The position numbers and the translations under genes were made by a program. From assembly GCF_006345805.1 (NCBI RefSeq), contig NC_043001.1, forward strand, positions 77,996,001-78,060,000: DNA of 64,000 nucleotides. Reading direction: 5' to 3'. Shown here in pieces: positions 13,446-27,835 of the stretch (positions within the stretch are counted from its first letter, which is position 1; each line of letters opens with the position of its first letter). The DNA is from Octopus sinensis (taxonomy: Eukaryota). The notes beneath the pieces were generated by a model that did not search any database, was not told the origin of the DNA, and saw nothing but the letters and a program-made list of their open reading frames with translations.

Positions 13446-16329
13446 TGCTGAGGTAACATAATGGAAAGTGTAATATCTGCATAAAAATGCTGTTGGTTAC
13501 AACCGGACTGTCTTTTAATATACACCAGCTAGAACGGGTTTAATTTCGAACTAACCATAATTAAGTATCGTTTCACTGAAACTCGGAATCTCAGTGGAGC
13601 CGTATTAGTGATCAAGTCGCAGTTGGAGCGACGAAATTTTTGACCGCTTATCATAAACGATTAAGTGAAATTAACGGTTGAGTGATTTGGATGGCTGATA
13701 TGTGTATTTCACGCTGCAATTGTTTTAGTTTCAACCCATTCTCAGATCAGCTTACTTGCCAGGCTTAGTACACCTCTGAAATTTCGATACCTTCAACCAG
13801 GCTATCCAAATCTCGAGGAGCACAGTTACTTGTTCTTTAAGTATTTGACTCCGTAATTAATTTTCATGATAAATCTCGTACTGATATTAATTAGCCGTGA
13901 AAAACTACAATTGGTATCTTCTGCAATATTTTTCAGCATTTTTATAAGTATTAATAATATTTTATAAACTTAAGGTTTATAAACGATCACCATATAATGA
14001 CTAAAGAAAATTGTCAATACACGGTGACCGCTTAATGCTTAGGGTGTTGGACTCATTATTGTAAGATTTTGGTTTCGATTCCCAGACCGGGCAACGCATT
14101 GTGTTCTTGAGCAAAGCAATTCATTTTACATTACTCCAGTCCGCTCAGATTGCAAAAATGAGCAATCCTGCGTAAAATCACTTTCCGCAGTTAAAATTTT
14201 GAACGGATATATATCTACTTTGTTCGTTGGAAGACCGAAAGAAGATAGTAACTGCGCAACAACGTCACTTCATAAAACACTTTATTTAAGTGAAAATTAA
14301 TTTATTCTTAGTGGATTGATAGAACAGCTAAAATTCCCAACCTAGAAGTAGGTTGTTATATAGAACTGAAGTTGTCCTAGATTGCATATGGGCTGGTTTC
14401 AGATTGTACAAATATAATTTTCGCAACAGAATCTTGTGTTAAGCTAAGGTTAAATACCACATAGTAATGACAGTGAAAATACCTAACAGACGTGCTATGG
14501 TGAACCATCCGACTATTAAATGAATCTTCATTTGCTACAGTTATTTCCTCCATTTTTTCGCGCATTGTCGAGCTGTGGCCAACCCAACCCTATTCTCTCT
14601 CATATTACGTCTTGCTTCTTTTATCGCTGTTTCGCTCTTCCTTATTCCGCCTTTCTCTCTCTCGTGCACTCTCACTCTCTCTCTCAGTTTTCTTACTCTT
14701 CTTTCTCTATCTTCCTATTTCACTTTTTATTCACTACTTCCCATCTTGCCTGTCTCTCCTGCCAAAATTCTAATTCCCTGATTCACTGACTGAAAATATC
14801 AAATATGTTAAACCCATCCTACTTTCCTATCATCAACACAATCTACTCAAAAACGAGAAAATGTCGTTAGTCTGCCGTGAATGCTAATTTGTTTTTACTG
14901 CCAAGCCATAAAAATGTGATGGGTACTTATATTTAAAAAGGGATTGTGAGTGGCAGAACACCATAGGGACTAACAGGCTGGGACTTCTATGTATCATTTC
15001 CAATCTCTGCCCTAACGTAAACCGTTAATATTTTTTTTACTATACTCTTCTTTTTTTTTTTGGCTCTCACGGGATCGAATTTTATTAAAGAACAGTAAAA
15101 AAAGGTAATAATGAAACAACATTTTATCAAAAAGCTCATCATTGCAAAGTTCACATATCTGTTCAACCTCATGCAGCAACATGCTTCGAATGGATCTCAC
15201 GAAACTCTCATAAAAAGAAAAACTATATTATATTAAATCAGGATGAACGTGGGATTGAATTTTCATGGATTCAGCTGGCTAGCTGCTTTTAACAGCTCAG
15301 AAAACTTAATGATTAGAAAGCAAAATAAAATGTCATGAACCTCTCTTGAATGCTAACACTTTTACTGCACAGCCATAAAACTGTGATAATTATAGCTTTC
15401 ACCTAAAGAGGGTGACTAGTCACTGAACATAGAGTAACAGACTGACGAAAACCAATTTTTTTTTATATATTTGTGTTGCACGTATTGTTTTTATTTGTGC
15501 CTGTTTTATTTTTTTCCGCTGCATTATTTGCAACACTCCAAATATAACAAACAACAAAGCTATCAAACGGTCTCTTAGAACAAGAAAGAATAAAATCTCA
15601 TGTTTTATTACTTCTTGCTGTGAAATCGTGTCGGTGGTCAGTTTGCAGTTGCGCGACGAAAATTTGGACATCACATCATATAAATTAGAAGTAAATTTAA
15701 CAGTTTTTGTGTCATATTAAATGGCTAAAATGGCTCTTTCGTGCTCCTAAATGCTTTAAATTCAACGCACAGCCTAAGATCAAGATCAGTACAAGACATG
15801 TACAACATCCGAATAAAAAATTGCTTTATTGAAAGACGCCTTAACTTGGCATTCAAAAATCATTCTAGGTATGCATCTATTTTTTGCTCTCGTTGCCTCT
15901 CTTCCTTTCGCTATGTGTATTTATGTGAACAGAAACACAAGCTGACAAAATCATATGCACACATACACAGACATGCGTGTATATATATATATAACTTAAG
16001 TATAGCGATTCAAATAACCTAGTGTTAGAACTCAAAATAATATTCTTCAAAATAAAACTTTAGTTGAATACACAGCGTAATAAGAAATTAAATAAATGAA
16101 AAAGGAGCAGGAATTACACTATCGACTACATTAGCTTACATCTGTTCTGTTTCTGCTATAAATAGCAGTCCACTCAGAGTGTGTTTGCATCACCATATAG
16201 CTTCGCCGGAGCTTCTGAAATGATGTGCGTGTTTATTTGGGAAAGTATTCACATACGTTGAAGAGATTCACCGTCAAAAATATAAAAATGCATTAGAGAT
16301 GTAAGTACAGAGTATATGTGTATGCACAC

Positions 16330-16330
<1 letters not shown>

Positions 16331-16420
<90 letters not shown>

Positions 16421-16445
16421 ATCTATCTATCTATCTATCTATCTA

Positions 16446-16476
<31 letters not shown>

Positions 16477-16505
16477 TTATCTATCTATCTATATCTATAT
16501 CTATC

Positions 16506-16560
<55 letters not shown>

Positions 16561-16618
16561 ATCTATCTATCTATCTATCTATATATATATATTATATATA
16601 TATATATATATATATCTA

Positions 16619-16653
<35 letters not shown>
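16331..16653. repeat. (ATCT)n-(AT)n compound microsatellite
   Basis: Seen directly. Confidence 0.95.
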
Positions 16654-16659
<6 letters not shown>

Positions 16660-16818
16660 GAATAAGGGTAGAAATTGACATTAATCAATTAAAACCAGTG
16701 GCCTAGCATATTAAAAAATCCTAAGATTAAAATATTTATTACATACAAAATTTAAACCATTAATTTGTATGTAAAAATCCTTTAAATTTTGTCCTTTAAA
16801 AGTCAGTCCTTTAAATTT

Positions 16819-16883
<65 letters not shown>

Positions 16884-17926
16884 GCCCACAATGGACCTCT
16901 TTATAGATATGTATTCATATATTCATGAATAAACACACAAACGTACACAGATACATTTATATATAAATATACATACATACATAATACATACATACATACA
17001 TACACACACATATATATGTGTGTATATGTGTGTGTGTGTGTGAGTGTCTGTATATACGTATACTACATCTTGTAGATATGATTCTATAACTGTATGTGGT
17101 AACTTATATATCCAGATATAGTAGGTAGTACCAAAGAAAACACTGTGCATCTGTTACGCAAGATAATTGATATTTTGTAGTATATAATAATATAAAAAAT
17201 ATAAATCGTTGATTGATATAACAGCATCTTGTTTCGAATACCTATTATCAAATCTACAACAGTGCATTCAAAAGACATTTTAAGATCCACAAACATTAGA
17301 ACTTAACTGCAGCTCTTGGTGGTCCAAATCGGATATGCAATCTATGTGAGCGTCTTTTCATAACATTGTCTGGTTTAAAAAACCCCATCAGATGACATGA
17401 TGGTTCTAAGGTCTACGTACAGGAGTTGGTCAAACTCTGCTTAAGGAGAAGACAACCGCCATGTATGTATGGATAGCATCGTAGATGTACGAAGACATAT
17501 TTTGACATATATACATATAATCACACACACACACGCACACACATACACGCACACGCACGCACACACACACACACACACACATACACACACACACAAACAC
17601 ACACAAGAAAATGAGATGTAAAAGAAAGAGACAATTATCTGTACCTCATATTCGAGGCTCCGATGAAGCTATGAAATTTTACTGATGGACTCAACTATGA
17701 ATACACTGTAGCTTATTGCAGAAACAGCAGTAAGCTAATGAAGTTCTTTTGATATTCGTCCATACTTTTGTCATCTCATTTTCTTATTATTGCTGTGTAC
17801 TGGAATAACTCTTCGCTCTGAAGGATATGTGCATTGACCGCCTACACTAGATTATTTGTTTCGCAATTCCTAAGCGAATTTGTATTGATTTTAGATATTT
17901 ACTAATTATATATATATATATGTGTG

Positions 17927-17986
<60 letters not shown>

Positions 17987-18002
17987 ATATGTGTGTGTGT
18001 GT

Positions 18003-18035
<33 letters not shown>

Positions 18036-18055
18036 GTGTGTGTGTGTCTATGCGC

Positions 18056-18150
18056 GTTGGCGCAGGAGTGGCTGTGTGGTAAGTAGCTTCCTTACCAACA
18101 ACATGCCACATAGTTCCGTGTTTAGTCCCACTGCATGGCACCTTGGGCAA
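18056..18150 (+). mobile_element. tRNA-derived SINE family B, 5' part
   Basis: ggcgcaggagtggctgtgtggtaagtagcttccttaccaac..agtcccactgcatggcaccttgggcaa. Confidence 0.8.
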
Positions 18151-18464
18151 CAATCAAAGGACTGAAACAAATAAAAGAATAAAAGAATATATGCCGGGTT
18201 GGCCAAAAGTCACCCGACGGTACATCGACGTTCCATAAATATTATCTGTAATTCTGTATTGATTCTATTGGGAAATTGTGTCGCTGAAGAACGACTTCAG
18301 TTTGAACAATTTTCATAATGCTTCAGATTTAGATTCTTTTATCGAATTCATTCAGTTGTAATGAATAGCTTTGATAAGGCCGGTTTCTCAGATTCTGTGG
18401 CGCGTGGGAATACAATTATATAGTGGGATACCTTTATATACACTTATATAGGGAGAATTCACGC

Positions 18465-18720
18465 ACAAATAAAAACAACAACAAAAGGCGAAGACAGGTG
18501 GTGTAGACAACAAACTGATATATTAGTTTAACGCTAGGGAAGTGAAAAAGTCTTTAACCTTTCGAGCCTCTGCTCTTCACCAGATAGGAGCACAGAAAGA
18601 AATAAGGGAAGAAAATAAAGAATGTGTAATGGCTAGCGATCTATCATGACGAATGCTGGACAGAAGGATTACACAGGAGAGCTAGGAAGATGGGGAGATA
18701 ATAAAGTAGTGGTGATCCCA
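18465..18720 (-). mobile_element. Penelope pseudo-LTR-like repeat with degenerate hammerhead (about 18550-18587)
   Basis: Minus strand CTGGTGA-A-GAGC agag GCTC-GAAA-GGTT; same family as the 5.4-kb and 49.9-kb copies. Confidence 0.5.
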
Positions 18721-20639
18721 AATATTGAAGGCACGTACATTAGTAGTTAGGTTATCCGGGTTAAGATCGTGGAAGCGATTCCTGGCGGTGTGTTGAGTCT
18801 TTTAGGGAAAAACTTTATTTTATGTTGCTCCAGGTCACTCAGTCGGCAAAATGATCAATACATTTATTTGAAAAGACCAGCCTTGTCACATTCTGTGCCA
18901 CGCTGATTTTCGTGAATTCGCCTAAATCCATCCCTCTGACATTGCGTGATCGTCACATTGTCTTTTTCTAAACAGACTGCTCGAAAGACATAGAGTCAAC
19001 GCATATTTCATCAAGTGGCAAAGGATTTGATAATTATTTTATAACGAAGAATATCATAAAAATCAAAGTTACTAGCACACAAATGTAAATCTTATCCATG
19101 TAATGTAATTTTTTTCATATTTGATACATCTGTGCGTTTGAATTATATTTATACTTTTCTGTTAATAAACCTTCCGTAAGTTTCTATTTTGTGGAATTCT
19201 ATATCAAATTGTAATAGCGTCAACTAGTTTGTATATGGAAGAATACAGATAAGAAAGACAACTCAATGGCATGCAGAATGTGCGGTGAAACGGATTAGAT
19301 CTTTCGGGATTTGGTCCCTGAATGCAAAATACATATACGCAGAGTTTATAAGAACGGGAAACATGAAACTATAGAAGAATACTTAAGAATTGGGGTTGAT
19401 TTCTTCGACTAAAACCTTCAACATTATGTCACAGCATTGTCGCAATCCAATCGATGAAAGGTAAAATATAAAAGATACATTTCCAGTTCACGTATGATGC
19501 GGATTATTCTAACTTTCCACCCTTCAAGGGAGATGATACAAAGAACTGAATTGCAATATACTGAATAACCTCGTGGCTGTACGTTGCAAAATAATGGACA
19601 TTACCAGAGTTAGAAGCATATCATTTTCCCACCACCACTATTAAATATGTTTTCAATTTCAAGTATATTGGCTGCGTGTATGTGTATATGTTTGTGATGC
19701 TGTCACGAGTTCGAAATGATTGATCACGTACAAAGAATGACAGATTCAAACCAGCGACTGTCATTTATAATTTGTTCACGCTCTCTTCATGTAGTATTTA
19801 CTTGAAATCGTTGTTTGAGAAGCAATTGAAAAGCTATATCGTTTATTACGTTTCACTAGCAATATAAGGAATAATTCTCTGTATCACAACCAACCAGATA
19901 ATGCTTAAATGGACCCAATCTTAGTACCGCCTAACTGGATGTTAATATCTTTCTATGCAACAGAACCACAGTAAATTTGACCAGAGTAACAAACTGAATC
20001 CAGTGTTATGTTCTGCTCATATGATTTACATCTGTTACTCTAACGGGCGGTGCATTGTATTCTTGAGTAAAACACTTCGTTTCAATTTGCTGCAAATGTG
20101 ATGGAATGGCTTTGTTCAATCCAGGAGGATTATTATGATGTCAGTCTCTTATACGCCATGGAAACTAAGTAACCAGGCCTCTGTGTCCTAGGATTTGAGA
20201 CAATAATATCCAGAAGTTCATGATGATGAAGAATATTCACAAGGTATGTCTGACATTGGTACATAAGGTAGAAACCTCTCACTCAAAATTTCCATCGTTT
20301 TATGCCTTTTGGACGCTTGTGACGGTGGCGCATCACCGCATCGTCACATGAGCTTACAAAACCTGCTAAAATAATGAGAGCTGTGCGATTTAGTGGTGAT
20401 TATAGAGGGTGTGTAGGGATGTGTAAAATACCAGATTCACATCAGACATAATTGGTCAGAGATAATCCTGGATTTAAAGTTAATCCAATATTTCAGAGAA
20501 TAGACAATTTCCACACTATTCTCCTGGGGTGTCCACCAAATAAAACAACTAAAATTTATTGAAAAAGATTAAATACTTTATCTTCGTTGTCAATCGCTTG
20601 AATATAGGATAGAACCTATTTTGCTTTACTGGAACCTTG

Positions 20640-21003
20640 TAGGTTGGTTACGACGACGAGGGTTCCAGTTGACCGAAACAACGGAACACCTTGCACGTGA
20701 AATTAACGTGCAAGTGGCTGAGCACTGCACAGACACGTGTATGTTTAACGTAGTTTTCGGGGAGATTCAGCGTGACACAGTATAACAAGACTGGCCCTTT
20801 GAAATACAGATACAACAGAAACAGTGAGAGAAAGTTGTGGTGATAGAGTACGGTAGTGTTTGCCACAATTCCCCTACAGGAGCGTCGTGGATCATTTGGT
20901 GTTTTCGCTCAATAAATACTCAAAACGCCCGGTCTGGGAATCGAAACCGCAATCCTATGACCGCGAGTCCGCTGTCCTAACCACTGGGTCATTGCGCCTC
21001 CAC
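20640..21003. mobile_element. SINE family D fragments (tRNA-like head on minus strand at 20878-21003, associated repeat at 20640-20850)
   Basis: Reverse complement ggcgcaatgacccagtggttaggacagcggactcgcggtcataggattgcggtttcgattcccagaccgggcg; similar pieces near 14025-14180 and 37300-37410. Confidence 0.65.
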
Positions 21004-21024
21004 GCCTCGAAATATATGGTTTAA

Positions 21025-21231
21025 CTCTTTCGTTACCAGCCTGGCTGAAACCGGCTCTGGCTTTGTAGTACAAATCTCTTGTTTTCATAAGTTTCCACCA
21101 AACTTTAGTCACAATTTATGTTCCTAAAACTAGCTTCATGATAACCAACTTATTTTACTAAATTCTTTATTATATTTTAAGTAATTGAAAGAAACACGGA
21201 GCATCTCTCAATACATACAGTAACGAAAGGG
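21025..21231. mobile_element. piggyBac-type MITE
   Basis: TTAA on both sides (21021-24, 21232-35) with TIRs ctctttcgttac / gtaacgaaaggg. Confidence 0.8.
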
Positions 21232-22086
21232 TTAATAATACACATATATGATTCAAAGGAATGGTTATCATGCTACATAATTTTAAACGACTGTCAACAT
21301 TAAGAAGCTCTTATTTAAGACATCATTTAAGAATATAATAACTTAAAAGTATCACGCGTTGTTGGACACACTTATTACGGGAATATTAAGTAATTGATCT
21401 TTCTGTCTTACGCTTTATTTCTTTCGGAAGATTATACATTTATCTATTAACTAAATTATTATATTGGAATTTCAACAATTGTTCCACAAGTATTTCTTTG
21501 TCACCATAGATGTAGTATCAGTTGTACCGTAATGTGAATGTTATTTTGTGCTCAATAACCGATCTATTCATCAGGGCATCGATGACGTATTCATCTTCTC
21601 GTAATATCATTATCTAATTAAGGGACACCGGATATATTTCCATTTTCTCATCACATTACTTGAACATTTCATTTCTAAATATTTCAGTCTTTCGAGGCGA
21701 GTCAGCCAAAACTACTGTTGCGAGTGAGAGCGTCGAAGTCGTTGATCGCTTAGCTTATCTTGGAGTATGATCCACAGCAGCATTAGTTGCGAGTCCTAAG
21801 TCTTAAAATTGTTTGGACGTGCTCATGTAGTTGTGGAGTCATTTTACAAGCGTGTTTGGTGCTGCCGATATCTGAGTCAGAGGACAAATTTTCTTGTCTT
21901 CAGGCCTATAGACCTCACTCTCCTGTCCTTCAATTACTGTAGAGGCACGTCGCATCACCGCACGTTGTTTATATTTTCACACGCTTGTTTTCCTACGACA
22001 ACGTGCCTCACAGCACCTATATTTCATATATGAGAGAAATACTTCTGTATCCTGATCTGATTTACATTTAATTATTATTATCATTA

Positions 22087-22365
22087 TATGTTTGACTTTT
22101 GCTTTGTATTTGTACAAGTTAAGTCCAAGTATCACTCAGAGATCTCAAGAGACAACAAGTCAGAAGTTCAAGTTGGTGGTATGCCAACGGTATCATATAT
22201 TTGGTTTTACACATAGTATTGTTCTAGAGAATGTTTAAGAAAACATAAGAAAATTAAAATATTGTTTTTAAATTTGAGACTACATAGTCAGTGTTTTACG
22301 TAGGATATGGGCAGTTCCCATGGGCACTATCTTTTGAATTTCTGCCCTTTTGGCATTTCCTGGTA

Positions 22366-22370
<5 letters not shown>
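22087..22370 (-). mobile_element. R4/Dong-clade LINE 3' end (ORF C-terminus + 3' UTR) in (TAA)n
   Basis: Minus strand KIPGNAKRAEIQKIVPMGTAHILRKTLTM* resembles the R4/Dong C-terminal QKxxLxGTAHILRK motif; flanked by (TAA)n. Confidence 0.7.
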
Positions 22371-22430
<60 letters not shown>

Positions 22431-22456
22431 TACTACTACTACTATTATTATTATTA

Positions 22457-22521
<65 letters not shown>

Positions 22522-22551
22522 TTTATTTTCACCACGATCATCACCATTATT

Positions 22552-23168
22552 AAGTTTCGACATCTGATAGTTTCGGGTGAATTTTTACTGTGTCACTGCG
22601 AGTTGTGTTCTTATGTAGGGCTTCGGAATGCAGAGTACATGCTGTAGGTGTTGTTCATTTTAGTGGGTATTTACTGTATGAGTCTGTCTATTTCGCTTTT
22701 GGGAACTTTCCCTTCTCGTAAGGAAGCTTGCAATTTTCTTATAGCTATACTTTTTCATCAATATCTTATATACTTCTTTTATTATTTCTGTTTGTTTTGT
22801 GTATGCTGTTGCATTGTAGAATGTATATATCACTTCAATGTAGTCATCATCAATTCGTCGGTCTCTTTTTCTTTTGTTTCTGCTGTAGCTATTGACATAA
22901 GAGATGGGTCCATCTTTACAGCATTACATTTTTGACAGAACAACATCTCTGCACCTTTTGCTGAGGCTTCTTTCTATCACGATTCCGTTCCTCTTCATAG
23001 CCTTATCCTTGACCATAACCATTCTCTTCCAGTGATTAGAATGAAGCTTGTTGCAGTTCTTGTTAAAGTTATTTGAATTCACGTGTAGAATTTTGTAAGC
23101 GTTCTCGTGTGGAATGCATTTGTAGCTTTAGGCTGTCTAATGTTGACTTAATCATCAAGAACCCTCCT
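22552..23168 (-). pseudogene. Possible R4/Dong LINE 5' region (ORF N-terminus relic)
   Basis: Minus strand ..NKRKRDRRIDDDYIEVIYTFYNAT..KEVYKIL.. resembles the N-terminal region of Dong-like ORFs; heavily degenerate. Confidence 0.4.
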
Positions 23169-23169
23169 A

Positions 23170-23427
23170 AAGTTTATTATTGTCACCACCAGCACCACCA
23201 CCAAAATCATCACCACCACCACCACCACCACCAACACCAACACCACCAATACCACCACCACCACCACCACCACCACCACCACCACCACTACCATCATCAT
23301 CATCGTCATCCTCATTATCATCATCATCATCAATAACAATATTACTACTACTACTACAACTACTACTAATGATGATGATGATGATGATGGTGATAATTGT
23401 CATAATAATAATAATAATAATAATAAT

Positions 23428-23504
<77 letters not shown>

Positions 23505-23544
23505 TAATAATAATAAAAATAAAAATAATAATAATAATAATAAC

Positions 23545-23610
<66 letters not shown>
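23170..23610. repeat. (CAC)n/(CAT)n/(AAT)n compound microsatellite
   Basis: Seen directly. Confidence 0.95.
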
Positions 23611-23614
<4 letters not shown>

Positions 23615-24170
23615 GCTCTGATGCAGTACCAGACAGTGTCTCTCGTGGCTCCTGATCTTAACTGATTGGAAGTGTTATCATGTATATTGTTTTGTCTTAG
23701 TATAAAAGATGGGTTACAGCAAATATTCTGCTCAATAACACAGATTTGCTTGTCAGTTGTTTGACCTTAACCAGTTGAGCATGTCCCTTAGTGGCTGACG
23801 ATATGTGCATCTCTGATCACGAGCGAAAGAAGTGGAGAATCATCATAGCCGTGTGTTGAAAGGAATTCTTAGAGGTTTGGATAATTCACCTCTGGAAACA
23901 TTTGTGGTTCGTTCAAAGCCCTTAAACAATCCTTATTCAGGGAGCTTTTTAGCAGGATGGGCTACTCGACCAGAAAAAAATTCTAACTGGGCCCAACCTG
24001 CAAGGTCATGCGCTGTTTATCTTGATGTGAGATCACCATGTCGTGCACATATGGTTGTGATGCATGTGCCTAGTGTAGTCTTATCATATGGGTAGTCGTG
24101 ATGGGTGTACTGGGCTTCGTATATTTTACCCCAGTGTCACTTTGATGGCATGCACTGCTCCCTCAGTCAA
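23611..24170. mobile_element. ~560-bp non-coding interspersed element bounded by (AAT)n on both sides
   Basis: A second, truncated copy lies at 29942-30360 and a terminal fragment at 29750-29815; all abut (AAT)n. Confidence 0.75.
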
Positions 24171-24193
24171 TAATGATGATGATGATAATAATA

Positions 24194-24315
<122 letters not shown>

Positions 24316-24334
24316 GTAATATTTTTGTTCTAGC

Positions 24335-24700
24335 CTCTTTGCTCTTTTGTAAAGTTATTACATTCCAACAACCAAAGTTTAACAGGTTTCTTTTATTGTT
24401 CTTATATTTATCTCACTTTATCTCGGCTTAAATAATCTAGATGGCCATACATCTGTAGGTAATGCGAAGCTTAATGAAGACAACATATTTTTAGGATTTC
24501 TTTCCCCACCCCACCTCGGATATAAAAGACGCAGTGTTACACCTAAATAGGGCTTCTTGCGACACAAAAGAAAACAGTTGCTCTGTAGGTGCCTTCGGTT
24601 TCTACAAGGGTACAGCCACCACTCTCTGTGCTGCCTATTGGTGAGTTTCCACCTAGAATATTCCAGCACACACTTTGCCTCTTTTCGTTACTGTTACAGT
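24335..24700 (-). pseudogene. RTE-type LINE 5' fragment (start of APE endonuclease)
   Basis: Minus strand ..NLLNFGCWNVITL.. matches the APE motif I (GxWNVRTL), preceded by a basic leader. Confidence 0.55.
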
Positions 24701-25026
24701 GACCTGTCACCATAGGACTTTCAACTCACCCACAAACAACATCCACAATGTCTTTGCGCGAAGGAATGGTGGTAACAGTGATCTCTAGCCGTCAATATTG
24801 AGAAATATTGTTTTGTTTTCCCTGAAACTAAACTGTCTTGTGTTTTCGCTCCTCTATTTCTCGCCATACGTCATTTCCAATGACAGTTCTCTATACTTTT
24901 AAAGATTCATATTGTACGTGTAAAATTTAAGCTTAGCATAGATAAAGGTCCATTAAGCTTCAGATAAAAGTCAAACTAAAACACCCAGTGAAGAATACTA
25001 CAGCACTTTCTTATTTTTTGCTTGTA

Positions 25027-25228
25027 TTGCCCACAAGGGGCTACACATAGAGGGGACAAACAAGGACAGACAAACGGATTAAGTCGATTACATCGACATC
25101 AGTGCATAATTGGTACTTATTTAATAGACCCCGAAAGGATGAAAGGCAAAGTCGACCTCAGAACGTAGCGGCTGATGAAATACTGCTAAGCATTTTGCCC
25201 GGCGTGCTTACGTTTCTGCCAGCTCGCT
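25027..25228 (-). mobile_element. SINE family A with internal deletion
   Basis: Same family A sequence, lacking the ggcggaatttgaact segment. Confidence 0.85.
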
Positions 25229-25229
25229 A

Positions 25230-26080
25230 CCTTCTACAGCACTTTCTACTTGTTGATGATCGCACTTTAGATTTGTTTTTGAATGAAGTCAGGAAATACT
25301 TGACCGGTTTGCAGCAGCAGCACTGTACATATGGAATGACTATCCGCATTAAGAGGACTGATGTTTTTCTCCAACCAAAGTCTGAGACAGAACACACTCC
25401 AGATACAAACGTATAAGCCACTCAAATGTATCAGGTCATTTAAATATCTTAGAAACACAATAAATTTCAAGTGCACTCTTGAGTACGAAATCAATGCTAA
25501 TATATCTAAAGCTAAAAGTACTGTTGGAAAACCTTGCCATCGTTCGTGGGATGAACACAGTGTCAATTTGAAAACTATAATAAGTGCATACAAATCTTGT
25601 ATTTTGAATACATTTTGTAGGGGGTAAAAGTAAGAACTCCTTTATAAAAACAGAGATACTGAAGCAATTCACATGCTCTATCTGCGCAATAACTGCAACA
25701 TAAAATGGTAAGATAACAAGTGTGAAAATTTTAGAAAAATGTGATATCTCCAGTATAGAAAACATGCTGTCGAAAATTCAGTGGAGAATGGCAGGAGATA
25801 TTGTTTGAATGCAAGATGCATTTCGAAAAATCTTTGTACGAACAAGTAGTGAGATTCCGTGGTAAACGAAGAACCTTTCTAAGATATAAGTATAAGCTGA
25901 AACACACTCTAACATTTCTACAACGTAATTTATCATTTTGAGAAAGTTATTGTCTTCATCGTTCTGAGTGTCTTCAAATGGCTCATGATGCAACTAAACA
26001 ATTTGAGTTGAAGAAACAGAACAACGAATGAATTGTATTCTGCAATCAACAAACACAATCGTCCAATCTCAGGCAAAATG
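25230..26080 (+). pseudogene. RTE (BovB-like) LINE RT C-terminal fragment
   Basis: ..YGMTIRIKRTDVFLQP..FKYLRNTIN..LEYEINANISKAKSTVGK..KQFHMLYLRNNCNIKW..: RTE 3' ORF motifs with stops and frameshifts. Confidence 0.7.
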
Positions 26081-26127
26081 AAAATCATTGTCCCCATCGT
26101 AACTTCTTAGCTAAATCTTTCAAACAT

Positions 26128-26540
26128 GAGCTGGCAGAAACGTTAGCGCGCCGGGCGAAATACTTAGCGGTATTTCGTCTGTTGTTACGTTCTGAGTTCA
26201 AATTCCGCCGAGGTTGACTTTGCCTTTCATCCTTTCGGGGTCGATAAATAAAGTACCAGTTTCGCACTGGGGTCGATATAATTGACTTAATCCGTCTGTC
26301 TCTCTTTGTTTGTCTCCTCTGTCTTTAGCCCCTTGTGGGTAGTAAAGAAATAGGTATTTCGTCTGCCGTTACGTTCTGAGTTCAAATTCCGCTGAGGTTG
26401 ACTTTGCCTTTCATCATTTCGGGGTCGATAAATAAAGTACCAGTTTCGCACTGGGGTCTATGTAATCGACTTAATCCGTTTGTCTGTACTTGTTTGTCCC
26501 TTCTGTGTTTATTCCCTTGTGGGCAGTAAAGAAATAGGTA
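26128..26540 (+). mobile_element. SINE family A, full copy plus tandem 5'-truncated copy
   Basis: Full copy 26128-26352; the second copy restarts at gtatttcgtctg (26353-26540). Confidence 0.85.
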
Positions 26541-26999
26541 TGTTGAAATTGACGAGAATGACTGTTTAAGCTCTCTATTTTGTCTTTTATCCATTATAGG
26601 TTCATGAAAATAACTACCAGGTGAATACTTGGGTCGATGTAATCAACTTACTTCCTGCCACAAAATATCAGAAACTTGTGCCTATAGCAGAAAGTGTTAT
26701 AGCTATCATGATGCTTGCTGCCGTTGATTTCTTCTTATTATTGGTATTTACTTGCTACTGCTGCTGCTGCTGCTGCTGATGATGATGATGTTGTGGTTGT
26801 TGTTGATATTGTTGTTAACTGCACGATTGTGCTCGAGACACAAAGAAGTGTTATTTTAAATCGCCGCCCAATTAGACTTGTTTCGCTGGAAAATATTAAT
26901 TTCCTGACATTATCAATGGTTTGATGCTTGCCTTGTCTTTTATTCATCTATTTCGGCTCTCATCATTTTTCTTTCCTTCCTTTCATTAATATCTTATTA

Positions 27000-27071
<72 letters not shown>

Positions 27072-27158
27072 CATTTTCTTAATTTATATTGTTTTATTAC
27101 TTGATTTATGTTCCGTCTACTGCATGCTGTCGTTTATTGTGGTCGGTGTGTCTGCTGT

Positions 27159-27190
<32 letters not shown>

Positions 27191-27299
27191 CTGCTCGTTT
27201 GGTGTTTGCTGATGTTTTTGTTGATGTTATTGTTGAATTTGTTGCTTTTTTCTTTCTACTTCATTTACTCTACGGTTTGAAATAATTTCAGTATTTTAC

Positions 27300-27786
27300 A
27301 TTGTTTTTTGACATCTTATGTTTTTCTATACTTTAATTTATGTTCCCTCTTCCTCCTCCTTCTCCCTGTTGTTGTTCTTCTTCTTCCCTCCTCCTCCTTG
27401 TCCTCCTTCTACAACTTCATCCACGTTTTCGTCTTTTACTTGTTGTTATTTCTCTTGTTGCTGTTCTTCTTCTTCTTTTTCGTCTCCTTCTTGCTCTTCT
27501 TTTTCTTGTTGTTGTTGTTCTTCTTGTTCTTCTTCTTCTTGCTGTTGTTGTTGTTGTTATTGTTGTTGTTCTTATCATTATTATTTTCTTCTTTTACTTC
27601 TTCTTTTCCTTGTTGTCGTTGTTGTTCTTGTTCTTGTTCTTCATGTTCTTCTTCTTGTTCTTCTTTTTCTTGTTGTTGTTGTTGTTGTTATTCTTCTTCT
27701 TCTTCTCAATACATTCACAATGGCCACTACCATAATCAGTATTACATGCAAACGAGTCACCAATCAACTCTTCAGCTAAAACACGA

Positions 27787-27834
<48 letters not shown>

Positions 27835-27835
27835 G
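27300..27835. repeat. (CTT)n/(GTT)n/(ACT)n low-complexity region
   Basis: Seen directly; explains the poly-L/F/S/C ORFs. Confidence 0.9.

Noticed and set aside
17655-17735. CCGATGA/CTGATGG..GAAACAGCAGTA motif
   Set aside because: Stem II is not adjacent to GAAA and stem I does not pair.
18056-18130. tRNA-like A/B boxes in SINE heads as tRNA genes
   Set aside because: They continue into SINE bodies, are multi-copy and diverged, and form no complete cloverleaf.
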